64,000 bases of DNA from Camelus ferus. Its lineage: Eukaryota. This document shows, in pieces, positions 14,241-24,981 of this stretch. A model generated the notes under the pieces. That model saw only the letters and a program-made list of their open reading frames with translations. It had not been told where the DNA came from and searched no databases. A program made the translations under genes and the position numbers. Position 1 is the first letter of the stretch, and each line of letters opens with the position of its first letter. Location: assembly GCF_009834535.1 (NCBI RefSeq), contig NC_045696.1, forward strand, positions 82,214,001 to 82,278,000, in the 5' to 3' direction.

Positions 14241-14869
14241 CTGGGAGAGATGGTCGAGGAGCTGGAGGGGAAACCCCATTCTTTTCAACACAGGCTGCAA
14301 ACACCTGCTCTGAAGGCTTCTCTTTCCCATCAGCCCAGGCCTTTTCTTCCAGGGGAGTGCCATGAGCTCCCCAGGGCTTTCCGTGGCCGGGCTCCAGCTC
14401 TCCACAGGTGTTGGCAAGAGCTGTAGCTGGCTTTTCAATGGCTTCACCCAACTTCTGATTGCTGAGAGGGTCCGTTTCTGGGTCTTTTGCATAGTCGTCC
14501 TCTTCATAGGGAACTGTGTGAGTCTGGCCTATGGGTTTTTCTTCTACTTGACTTTTGGAATTCTCGGTATCACTGTCTAGAACCTTCTGGCTCCCTGTAC
14601 CTCTCTTGAGACGACGACATTTCTGCCCCCAGCTCTCTAGAAAGCGTGGACTAGTTGCCATTACCATGGGGTTTCCCTGAAGGTTTCTCAGGGTGCTCCT
14701 GTGAAAATGCAGGTCCCCGGCAGGGAGCACGCCCCTGCCGTGGTAGGTGGCTGGGCCAGCTGGGGTACTGGGGCCACAGAGGAATGGCATCCCTAGGCCT
14801 ACTAGTCTCTTGGAATTAACTTTCTCTATTCTCCTTTGCTGGTAAATGGCATGCATTTCCATTTCCATC
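14241..14869 (-). CDS. SAMD7: SAMD7 coding exon 4 (629 nt)
   Basis: Core of ORF 14212..15003: MEMEMHAIYQQRRIEK...GDLHFHRSTLRNLQGNP...PRPSLP; tttttag acceptor, gtaggt donor; phase 2 to 1. Confidence 0.96.
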
Positions 14870-15935
14870 CTAAAAACAAAACAGTATATTTTACAGAACT
14901 CAAGAAAACCATCAGAAATAGAATTTGAATGGCTCTCTGCCTTCCCTAAGGTAGCACCTCTGCTTTTCCTGGGACCTATCTGAAGTTTGCTAGGTGTGAG
15001 CACAAGTCCCCCACGAAGCTACTGGGCAGGAGAGTTTGGCTTAAGACCAGAGGGTGGAGGGTCTGGCTGAAACTCATGATGGAAGTCCAAGGCCAGTCTT
15101 TAGAGCATCATCTCTAATAGATTTGGCAAATCTAGCAGCGTTAGGGATAATGCAGCACAGTGTAGTTTCTTGCCAGAGACTAATCCTCAAAGAAACTAAA
15201 GTTCTGGGAAGAAGCTTTTAAACACTTCAGTACAATTTTAATGAGGCTCAAGAAACACAGTAAGTTTCAACTGTTACAAATTAATGCCAGTGGTAGGGGT
15301 CGGGGGAGGGAGGAGAGGGAGGACTTGGTGACTTTGCTTATTGGTCATCATCACCTGGACCCTTTAGTGTTTGGTGATGAGAAGGTTGACTCTGATGCCT
15401 TCTCTCACCCACAGCCGTACCCTAGTCATTACTGCTGTGTGTTTCTTTCTCCTCGTTCCTCAAGGCCACTTTTGGGCTCTAATACTGTAGTGTAGTCTGA
15501 AGTGGGGTTGGCAAGCTTGGCCCCTATCTTTGGGCAGAACTGAAGTCACTGAAGACAGAAATGCCAATATGAATTTCCAAGGAATCACAGCTAAGCATTT
15601 TAATTATGAGACACTGACAAACTATTACAATCTGTAGACTTAGCTTCACTGTGTTGTCATCTTGCTTTTATCCTTAACCAACTCATGTAGATGTTTGTAT
15701 ATATTTCTTTTTGTAATATTTCTGAAATACTTTTTTGTAAGTAATCAGGGCATGTGTGAATGTGTCTGTGTGTGGGTATATACATACACATATAATCAGT
15801 GACTATATATACACAACTATAACAATATATACAAATACAAATGAATCAATGAACATATAAAAGTATATATATAACAAATGAATAAACAAACAATTGAATG
15901 AATAGAAAATAATGAAAACAACATTGTTACGTTAC

Positions 15936-16014
15936 CTGGCAGTATGCTGCCTTTGAATCATTTCATTCCTTCTAGCCATTGCCTTTATGGATTCTGGTGG
16001 CAAAATGCCCCAAC
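15936..16014 (-). CDS. SAMD7: SAMD7 coding exon 3 (79 nt)
   Basis: (G)WGILPPESIKAMARRNEMIQRQHTA(R); tttaag acceptor, gtaacg donor; phase 1 to 2. Confidence 0.95.
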
Positions 16015-18654
16015 CTTAAACAAGAAAATCACCATTTCACCCCATAAGCAAATTAACATCCATTTGAAAATAATAAAATAAAATATAATGATTTTAAACA
16101 GTATCTGCAAAAAACCACCAATTGAGCACAATGTTGGAAACAATATCAGTTCATGGCTGTTTGGCATCTTAGAGTCACTTTGGTGATGGCATGACAATGC
16201 TAGATTTCTTTTCTTTCGGTATGGGGTCTCATGATCGGCAATTGTTTCCCTGCCATACTTCAAAAGGAAAAAGATTAAATTAACTGTGGATCTCTTGCTT
16301 TTTTTTTTTTTTTTTGGTACAGGAAGAATTAGTTGACCTTTAAAAAAAAAGTAACTAAGTTCTTCCTGATGCTCTGAAATCCCTGGAAATAAATGCAATG
16401 ATTTAAGTGGATAAAGTATGAAGTACTCTATGTGGAATTTTTGGTGTAGCTGGGGTAAATACTTTTTTCAAAACAATTTCAATGGCACTGAACACCAACT
16501 ACATTCTTTGTGTCAACCTTCCAAAATGTCTTGAATAATGACAGGATTCAAGGCTCTATTCTCGCCTGATAACTTCATGCTTATATTGATTTTTTTCTTT
16601 CTCTGGACTCCTAATGCACTTAGAATCTTTACTGGTGCTTCTCAAACTATCCATGGTGAAGGACTAATTTTTTAAAAAATTTTCTAAGCCATCATAGACC
16701 AATACTTTAAAAAAATACAATAAAACAACATCTTAGAAACTTGAAATAAAAACAAGAAATAATACAAGAACGTTTTAAAATAATTAGACCAGTAGATGTA
16801 AAATTACCCTGTCAAACTGCTATAAAAGTTTCTAAGTCCTTACCCTCTATTTATGCATTTATTTGTACAAACACTTCTCAGACCAGCCCAGGAGTACAGA
16901 TCACCCTCTAGCAATAATAAACACACAAATTGTACTTATTACATATAGAATTTTGTTCAGTGATAGTTTTACATGTCTAAATCTGTGCTGGCCAACAGGA
17001 GGGCAAGTATCATGAAGGCTAGAGCTGTTCTTTATACTTTCTTTGTACTGAGCCAGCAGAACTCATTAAACTTCTATTAATAATGACCCACCTAGTAATA
17101 AACCATACTGTATCTTTTTTATGAGATTTTTTCTCATTTGTAAAACTCAGAGGTTAGATGAGGTGACCTCTAAAAATCCTTCTGACTCTAAAACCTATGT
17201 TTTTATATAGCTGAGTGGTTTCAATATACTCTCCTTGAGACAGCCTGCATGCATGAAACTGCCAGCCCATGGCGTAATGCCCAAGGACGCAGAGCACGTC
17301 CATGTGAGACGACTAGTGTGGAGGGCCCAATTCTAATTACCTGGATCTCAGGACATTCTGACGTCTGGACTCATCAAACCTATTGCATGTTTCTTTCTCT
17401 TTCCCAAATAGGTGACGTCAAACTTAGTGCTAGTCCAGTTCTAGTAATCCACTCCCTACCTAACACCCCAGTTGTTGAAATAGATCCCTGTTTTAATTCC
17501 TGTTTTGCTCACTTACTTAGTAGCTTAGTTTCTATAGGACTAAGGCCCTACCTTGCCCTTGCTTACTCTCTTACACATCAGCCTTGAGGTGGGAGACCGA
17601 TCTATGTCTCTGGGACAGGTGGTCAGCCTGCCTGTTTGTGTTCAAATACTGGCAGTTTTTGGAGACAGCCTGGAGGTAGAATTTTGGGAGTCATCAGGAT
17701 ACATGAGACTATATGAGATGATCTATAGAATGTAGACAGAAGTTAAAAGGATGATCCCTCTGGCATACCAACAGGGTCCAGAAGACAAAGTGTGACCTCT
17801 GGACACCCACACACCTCAATCTACTCATATGTGCTTAGTCCTCATCTTACTTGACCTGAGAGCAGCTACTTGACACAGTTCCTCATTCTCTCCTTAAAAC
17901 ACTGTCTTCGCTTGGCTTCCAGGCCTCTGTACTCTCCTGGGTTTCCCCCCACCTCACTGGTTGCTCCCTCTATTTCTCCCTTACTTGCTCCTCTTTATCT
18001 TCTCCCTCTCTCACATCTCATATCTAATCTGTGAGAAAATCCTGTTGTTTCTACCTTCAAAAATAATTGCAGAATCCAACCACTTCTTACTATTCCTACT
18101 GTCACTACCCAGGGCAAATCCATCATAATCTTTTGACTATCCTAATAGCCCATTAATGACCATCAGTTTAACTCCAAAACTTTAATCCTATCAAGTATGT
18201 CCCGAACACAGCAGCCAGAGTGAACCTGGTAAAATGTAAGTAGTCAGACCATGTCACTCCTTTGCTCAAATTCCTCTAATGTCTTCCCTCTTACCCAGAA
18301 TAAAAGGCAAGGCCTCACTATGATCTTTCAGGCCACATACAAACTTCCCCAAGGCCTATAACTCAAAGCTCACCTCCTCATGATCTCATCAGTGTCTTGC
18401 ATGTAAGCTAAAACAGATAGTAATTGCAGATTTTCATGTTTTTCATCAGTAAATTGATGATTAGAGGAGCTAAGCAACTTACACTTGGTCACACAGTGGT
18501 AGAATCATGATTTACACCTGGGTAGCAACTGTAGAAACTACAAGCCTAATCACCATACAGTTTTACCTCCAAAATTAACAGTGAATTAGGCAGCAAGCTT
18601 AATGCAGCAATCCAGTTCACAGTAGCTCCACAGACAGCCATCTATTGCTCATAC

Positions 18655-18779
18655 CTGAGTAGACGTGACTGGACAGCATGTTCGGCACATTTGCATTTGG
18701 TACAGCAGAGGATCCAAATTGGGAAGGAATACAAAACTGCCTTGGGTCAGTTGGAGCTACAGTGGGAGGCAATAAATCT
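18655..18779 (-). CDS. SAMD7: SAMD7 coding exon 2 (125 nt)
   Basis: (R)DLLPPTVAPTDPRQFCIPSQFGSSAVPNANVPNMLSSHVYS(G); tttccctag acceptor, gtatga donor; phase 2 to 1. Confidence 0.95.
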
Positions 18780-19400
18780 CTAGGGAAAAAAGATATAAAA
18801 TAAATAAAATGAAAGTGGAATTGTACTAAATTTCCATTGCATAGGCAGATTTTTTATTGCCATATGGGATTCCATCATCTCTTCTCAAAATGAGTACAAA
18901 AGTCCTGCAGTTGCTCTTAGTTTGAGCAGAAATATGATGAGAAAGATTAGAAGGAAGGGTTCTATAAGGAAGGAGGGAACCAGCAGACAACAGAACGGAG
19001 AAAGCAGGAGAAGAAAGTTTTAGGGACGTCAGGGAGAAAAGATCTAATCAAATCAACACTAATCTCTGATTTTCCATGACCAATATACTGTTCTTGACCA
19101 CAATATTCTTTTCTCATTTCATGAACATACCCTGGCTTGAGTTTTGCCCTCTGGGATCACTTTTTGACTACCTGGGTAGACAATTTATTTCTCTGAACTT
19201 CAGTGGTCTCTAGAAGTTCACCTCTATTGTTCATACTCCATGAACAAAGATAAATAATGAATTTTACTTTCTTCTCAGAATGTCAGAATATTTTAAAGAG
19301 AAGATAGAAAACTGCCAGGGTTTGCAACCAAAATACTGATGGTTTTACTTTTATTGCAAAGAAAGAATTGTTTTATCACAAGAAATCCAGGATACTCAAC

Positions 19401-19780
19401 TGTTATGGACTTTATTGTGTCCCTTTCTAAAATCCGTTATGTTAGAAGTCCTAACCCCCATGTGACTATATTTGGAGATAGGGCCTTTAAGGGGGTAATT
19501 ATAGTTAAATAAAGTCATAAGGGTGGGGCCTTAACCCAACAGGACTGGTGTCCTTATAAGAAGAGGAAGAGACACCATAAGCGCATGCACACAGAGAAAA
19601 AGGCCAAGTGAAGACACAGCAAGAAGGTGGCTGTCTCCAAGCCAAGAAGAGAAGCCTCAGGAGAAACCAAACCTGTCAGCACCTTGATTTAGCACTTTTT
19701 GCCTCCAGAACTGTGAGAAATAAAATTAAGCCACCTGGTCTGTGATATTTTGTTACGGCAGCCTGAGCAGGCCATATCAA
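19401..19780 (+). mobile_element. MaLR LTR (MLT1B/C-like)
   Basis: tgttatggac...gaagtcctaacccc...ggagatagggccttta...gcctccagaactgtgagaaataaa. Confidence 0.85.
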
Positions 19781-20023
19781 TGTTTGCACTTATACCATGC
19801 CTGTCGCATAGTGCTCATTAGCTATTTACTGAGTGAGGATGTCAAGCAGGCCTCAAAGGGGAAGTGATGGGAAGTTTGTTGAAGATGTGGCCAGCAGATA
19901 TCCTGTACCATGGTTCCCTGAAGTAATGTTAGACAATAATACAGCACTGGGGTTAACAGCCTTCAAAAATGTAATGATATCCATCTTCTCCTATGACTGG
20001 AATTTCATACTGGAGAGAAATAC

Positions 20024-20124
20024 CTATCCACACTTGGAGGTTCAAATGGTGAAGGAACCAGTGGGATCCTCTGCTGCCCTGATGCTGTCAATAAAGGGTT
20101 CACAGCCATCATTGGATTTATCAT
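20024..20124 (-). CDS. SAMD7: SAMD7 first coding exon (exon spans 20024-20150; in-frame ATGs at 20124, 20112, 20109)
   Basis: Translates MINPMMAVNPLLTASGQQRIPLVPSPFEPPSVD(R), matching the recalled SAMD7 N-terminus MAVNPLLT..GQQ.IPL.PSPF.PP.VDR; poly-T/AG acceptor at 20151-2, GT donor at 20023, phase 2. Confidence 0.93.
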
Positions 20125-21519
20125 CAGTATCTCTCGCCACTGATGGAGTTCTAAAAAAAAAAAAATCAGATAGATGTGTCAGCAGATAACTCTACTTTTT
20201 GTAAACTGTTTGAATTCTTCTTGAACATAATGAACATGTTTTGCATTTTCCCAACACTTGGGAGGACTTGCTACACCAGGCTTTTAGTTACACAAAAATC
20301 CCTCCACTGCAGGTACCCAGATACAACTGGAGAACTCACTGTGCCTTTGGAATTTGTTGGAGAGTCCACAGGTAATTCCACATCACACTACAAGCAATAA
20401 TAAAATTAAACCAACTTCACAAGATTATAGAAATACCATCTTTCTTTCTTACAACTTACTTTGATTTTTATATTTCCAGAGGTACAAATGATTGTATGCC
20501 CTCATATTTTCAATCTTTGAAGAAAATATTCCTATTTAGTTGACAGGATTAAAACAGAAAAGAGGGGGGAAATCTTCTTAATGCTAAAAATATATCTCAC
20601 TAAAGTGCATACAGGCTGACTGCATGAGACTATCTAGATGTAAGCAACCAAGTTCTATCCAAATATACAGGAACACAAGCATTCATAATTTTATCTAAAA
20701 CCTAGAGATCAGAAAAAGGGACCATTGTAAAAGGGACAAAATTTTGACTTATGTTTTCTTGTTAATTATTAATGTCCTTTGAATAATTTTATATATTAAG
20801 TGAGAGCTAGTCAAACAGGTCAGTTTAACTTCTTTATTCTCAATTATTACTTAAAAAAATTAAGATACCTACAACTGTTTGGGGAAAAAAAGGAAATTAG
20901 GAAGAAAATGTTCTGCTTTTCAAAATAGTAGTCTTTCTCTTTCCTTTCTTGTGTGTATATTTGATTTAAAATTTAAAATAGTTAATACATTCATATGGTT
21001 CAAAAACTAAAAATATAATATTTCAATAAGCAATCACTTCTTTAGCTTCTTTTTCAGACCTCAACTTGCGATCAAATTGGAAATTCAAGCCCATGGGACA
21101 CCTAACACTAGCTTTCACCATTCATAAATGTATTTTTAAAGTTCTTTATGTGGATTTATTTTCACTGTATTTCTGTGAGGTCAATATAATTTCCTCTTTG
21201 ATAGTGGCCTCGGAGTAGGACAAATCAGGATAAGGATGAAAATATTTGCCTGTTGCCTACCAACCATGGTGAGAATGCCAACGAAGAACTCAGGCCAGAG
21301 GTATGTCAGCCGTGGGCTTGCAACTCTGGCGAGAACACTGCTCCACAGCTTGAAATCTCAGGTCCTGCACATCTGAGATTTGGCGACAGCCACCTCCTTT
21401 CTCCTGCTCCATTATGCAACAGAACAATGTGGAACACAGCTTGGTGTTTCCTTTTGAAACATGACTGAACTTTGATTTGCGTCATGAATTGAAAGTCTCT
21501 GGTAGGAGTTTGAACTTAC

Positions 21520-21595
21520 CTATGAGTGTGAGAGAATCTCTGAAGCTATAACACATAGTGCTCATCTTGCATTCTATGTGATGCCTGAGACAAAT
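21520..21595 (-). other. SAMD7: Probable SAMD7 5' exon 2 (76 nt)
   Basis: Long pyrimidine tract ctttcttccctctccttcctccag acceptor and consensus TAG|gtaagt donor; lies 1.4 kb upstream of the first coding exon. Confidence 0.7.
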
Positions 21596-22800
21596 CTGGA
21601 GGAAGGAGAGGGAAGAAAGCGGGCAGTGCAGAATCCCTCTGGGGCAAGCAGCGTTAGAGGCTGACCACCCCCTATGTCACACACGTCATCACAGAGAAAT
21701 GTCATGGATGTTAGTCACCAAAAGTTGATGGGATTCCCCCAAAGCAGGCCTGGACAAGGACATGAATGCATTTGGGAGCTGATCCCCGGAAGCCTACATG
21801 AAGGAGTGGGCAAATGAGATCAGGAAGGGAAGTCAATAAGGAGTGAGTTAACGTATGAGTTACCACTGCCGTCAACCCTGCTGGGGACCCGCTAAGAAAC
21901 CCCGTAGTACACACCTTATAATTGTCCCAGTGAAAGACAAGGAGTTGGCCATTTGCCTATCGGTTTCTGTCAGCCATTGGTGAAGGGCACAGTTATCCCT
22001 TGCATCTGGGTTATGCCTGAACTAGATCCAACAAGCGCCTATGGTGTGAGGGAAAGTCTTCAGACTGAGAAGCAGAGAGATGCAGGTGCTTGAGATGGGA
22101 AATGACCTCTGTGGTTGTAGGTGAATTTAGGAAGGGAATATAGAATAAGGCAGCAACGGTGTTTGGTGCTGTTGCGGCCATGTGGTTACCTTCTAATGTC
22201 ATTCCACTAGATAATCGACACACATGCCTTTCTTCTGGACTACCAGGTTCACCAGGCATAGGCATAGTTCTACGAGGCTCTGTAGGATCCATTGTCTGCA
22301 ACGACACAGCAAGATTTTTTTTTACTGTTAGTCACTGCATTCTGTGAAATGAGTGGGGGGACTCAAGGCTAATGGAGTTGAAGAAATGAGGCATCAGAGA
22401 GAAGTCTCATCTAATTTACCCTCCTTGGTACCATACTTGTTGTGGATTCTGTGGTGCTTGGATCTGGTGTTCTTTCTTTTTGCTATGCCAGTGGAATTTA
22501 ATAAAATCTATAAATTTTTGTTATACTTCCAATATGGCAGTTTATTATCTTGAATCAACGTACCAAATTTTTACCTAAATTGTAAACTATTCCCAAATCG
22601 AGGGAAATGTTCCTATGTCATGAAGGTCCCTAGGAAGGACAACGAGTCTCTGGCATCTACCACACCTGACTGTTATGGTTCTTGCCTCCGTTTGGCTTCC
22701 TTAGTTTCTTTTCATCTTTACACTTGTGAGCAAGTGCTTATTTATTTATCACTCTCATAACTATTGAGGCCCCAATTTTCCTTTAAAAAATCATTTCTGG

Positions 22801-23161
22801 TGCTGTAGACTGAATGTATCCCCCCAAAATTCATATGTTGAAACCTAATCCCCAATGTGACGATATTTGGAGACGGGGCCTTTGGGAAGTGATTTAGATC
22901 ATGAGGATGGATCCCCCATGAATGGGGTTAGTACCCTTAAAAAAGAGACCCTAGAGAGCTCTGTCATCTCTTCTGCCACGTTAAGACACAGAGAGAAGAA
23001 GGCCATCTATGAATCAGGAAGCAGCTCCTCACCAGACACCAAATCTGCCAGGGCCTTTATCTTGGATTTCCCTGCCTGCAGAATTGTGAGAAATAAATGT
23101 CTTTGTTTATAAGCCACCCAGACTACGTATTCTGTTACAGCAGCCTGAATGGACTAAGACA
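22801..23161 (+). mobile_element. MaLR LTR (MLT1A-like)
   Basis: aaattcatatgttgaaacctaatccccaatgtga...gcagcctgaatggactaagaca. Confidence 0.85.
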
Positions 23162-23282
23162 CTTTTTAATGATATGCTTGTTATCTTTTGTATGTCCCAA
23201 ATTTTATAGATATATTTTATAGTTTTATATATATATACACATATGTGTGTGTGTGTATGTGTGTGTATATATATATATATAT

Positions 23283-23590
23283 TTAGCAGACTTTATTATT
23301 AGAGCAGTTTTAGGTTCACAGAAAAATTGAGTAGACAGTACAGAGAACTCACGTATACCTCTCCCAGACACATGCACAGCCTCCTTCACTATCAAAATCC
23401 TGCACCGGATTTGTTACATTTGTACATTTGTTACAATGATGAACCTACATGGACACATCACTATTACCTCAAGTCCAGGTTTTCCTTAGGATTGGTTCAC
23501 TTAAATGTTCTACATTCTTTGGGTTTTGACAAATGTATAATGACTTGTACCCACTGTTATAATCTAATATAGAACAGTTTTACTGCCCTA
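23283..23590 (-). mobile_element. LINE-1 3' fragment (L1MD-like)
   Basis: agactttatt..agagcagttttaggttcacagaaaaattgag...aacagttttactgccctaa. Confidence 0.7.
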
Positions 23591-23919
23591 AACCAAATTA
23601 TATTTTAAAGCAAATATAATCAGACACTTCCAGGAAAATATTCTGGGTTGACCAGATCTTTCACTTCTTTATCAGTCAGTTAGATAAATACTTGAAGCTC
23701 CAAATCTGTGTTTCTACAAACTCACCATTTTGGAGTTCCTGAGTCATAGTATCAACCCATGAGTTTTAAACATTTACTTTCACATTTTCTGGGTATCTTC
23801 TTCTATTTTAGAAATATGCAGACAATTTATGAACCAATGTGACTTTGCTGTAGCAGATGAAATGCTCTTGAGTCAAAGTATAGACTGGGATATCCATCCT
23901 GAATGCAGAACGTGTCTGG

Positions 23920-24360
23920 CAGGTAATCCCAAACGTGGGAATGCACTGGTGCTTAGGTTTGCATTCGGGCTGGATTTCTCTGACCTAGAAGCTTTAATCC
24001 TGGATGCCCAGCACTTTAGGAGGATGAAGGTTCTTTAATCTCTGTCTTCAGACTCTTACCCTCAACAAACCCCTCCAGCCAGCACACAGACGATTTAGCT
24101 AGTGCTAATTCTGTCTCAACTGATTAGGGCCATAGTAGTAAGACATGAACTTCGTGAACTAAAGCCCTTGCCAAATCAGCAGATACTTGCTGAGTACTGC
24201 AGCTACTGAGAATGCTTGCCTGCCTTGTGCACAGCAGCCGGGTGCCAATTCCATTATATTTCTTTCATGGCTTTACTGTGACCATTCATTAATGTCATAC
24301 AATTTGACTTTGGCCAGCGATGAACTTTAGCATGTATGATGCGTGAATTCTCAGATTATA
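23920..24360. promoter_or_regulatory. Photoreceptor-type regulatory cluster (CRX/OTX2 TAATC[C/T/A] sites, Maf half-sites)
   Basis: TAATCC at 23924 and 23995, TAATCT at 24036, TGATTA at 24121, AGATTA at 24353; TCAGCA at 24176 and TGCTGA at 24188. SAMD7 is an established CRX target. Confidence 0.6.
24060..24250 (-). other. SAMD7: Probable SAMD7 5' exon 1 (5' end approximate)
   Basis: AGG|gtaaga donor at 24059 in non-repeat sequence surrounded by CRX-type sites; the TSS cannot be read from sequence. Confidence 0.55.
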
Positions 24361-24847
24361 TTCATTAAGATAAATTAAAATTTTAAAATAGCTGCTGTAT
24401 TTGGTACGGTTTTTACGTTTGAAAGGTAGATCATTAGAATTAAATGTTTCTATAATTCTGAGAAAAATATATATTCTTAAAACTAGAGGGAGATATTCTT
24501 AGAAGTCTTTTGTTTAAGGTATAAATCAATTCTTACTAGCTTCACATTTTTACTATTCTAGGTGTCTTATATTAATGAAACTTCTGAAGAGCATATTAAT
24601 GCTAAAATGTAATTCATACTTTTTTGAGTATATTTTCAGCCTTAGAATAATAAATAGGAAATTTTTTCTTAATTAGGAAGGCTGAGAGAGCTGTCCCAAA
24701 GTATTTCATTATCAAATACTTTCAGCGGAAAAATTAGCTGAGAAAAGAGAGTTAAAAAAAATTATATAAAATGTTGTTTAATTGTATAAAATAAAAATAA
24801 TTGTATAGATATTTAAAATACACTTGTTAATTGAAATAAATTTAAAA

Positions 24848-24981
24848 TTTTTTTTTTAATTTTTAGGGGGCGGAGGAGGTAATTAGGTTTATTTATTTAT
24901 TTTTAATGGAGGGACTGGGGATTGAACCCAGGACCTCAAGCACACTAAGCACACACTTTACCACTGAGCTATACCCTCCCC
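24848..24981 (-). mobile_element. tRNA-derived SINE (camelid-type)
   Basis: Reverse strand gggagggtatagctcagtggtaaag (A box)...cctgggttcaatcccca (B box), aataaa repeats, A-rich tail. Confidence 0.85.

Noticed and set aside
14212..15003. 263-aa ORF as a stand-alone gene
   Set aside because: It is SAMD7 coding exon 4 plus intronic read-through on both sides
24900..24981. tRNA gene (also 51724-51800)
   Set aside because: A/B boxes are followed by SINE body and an A-rich tail, with a clear TSD at the 51.7-kb copy; no full cloverleaf
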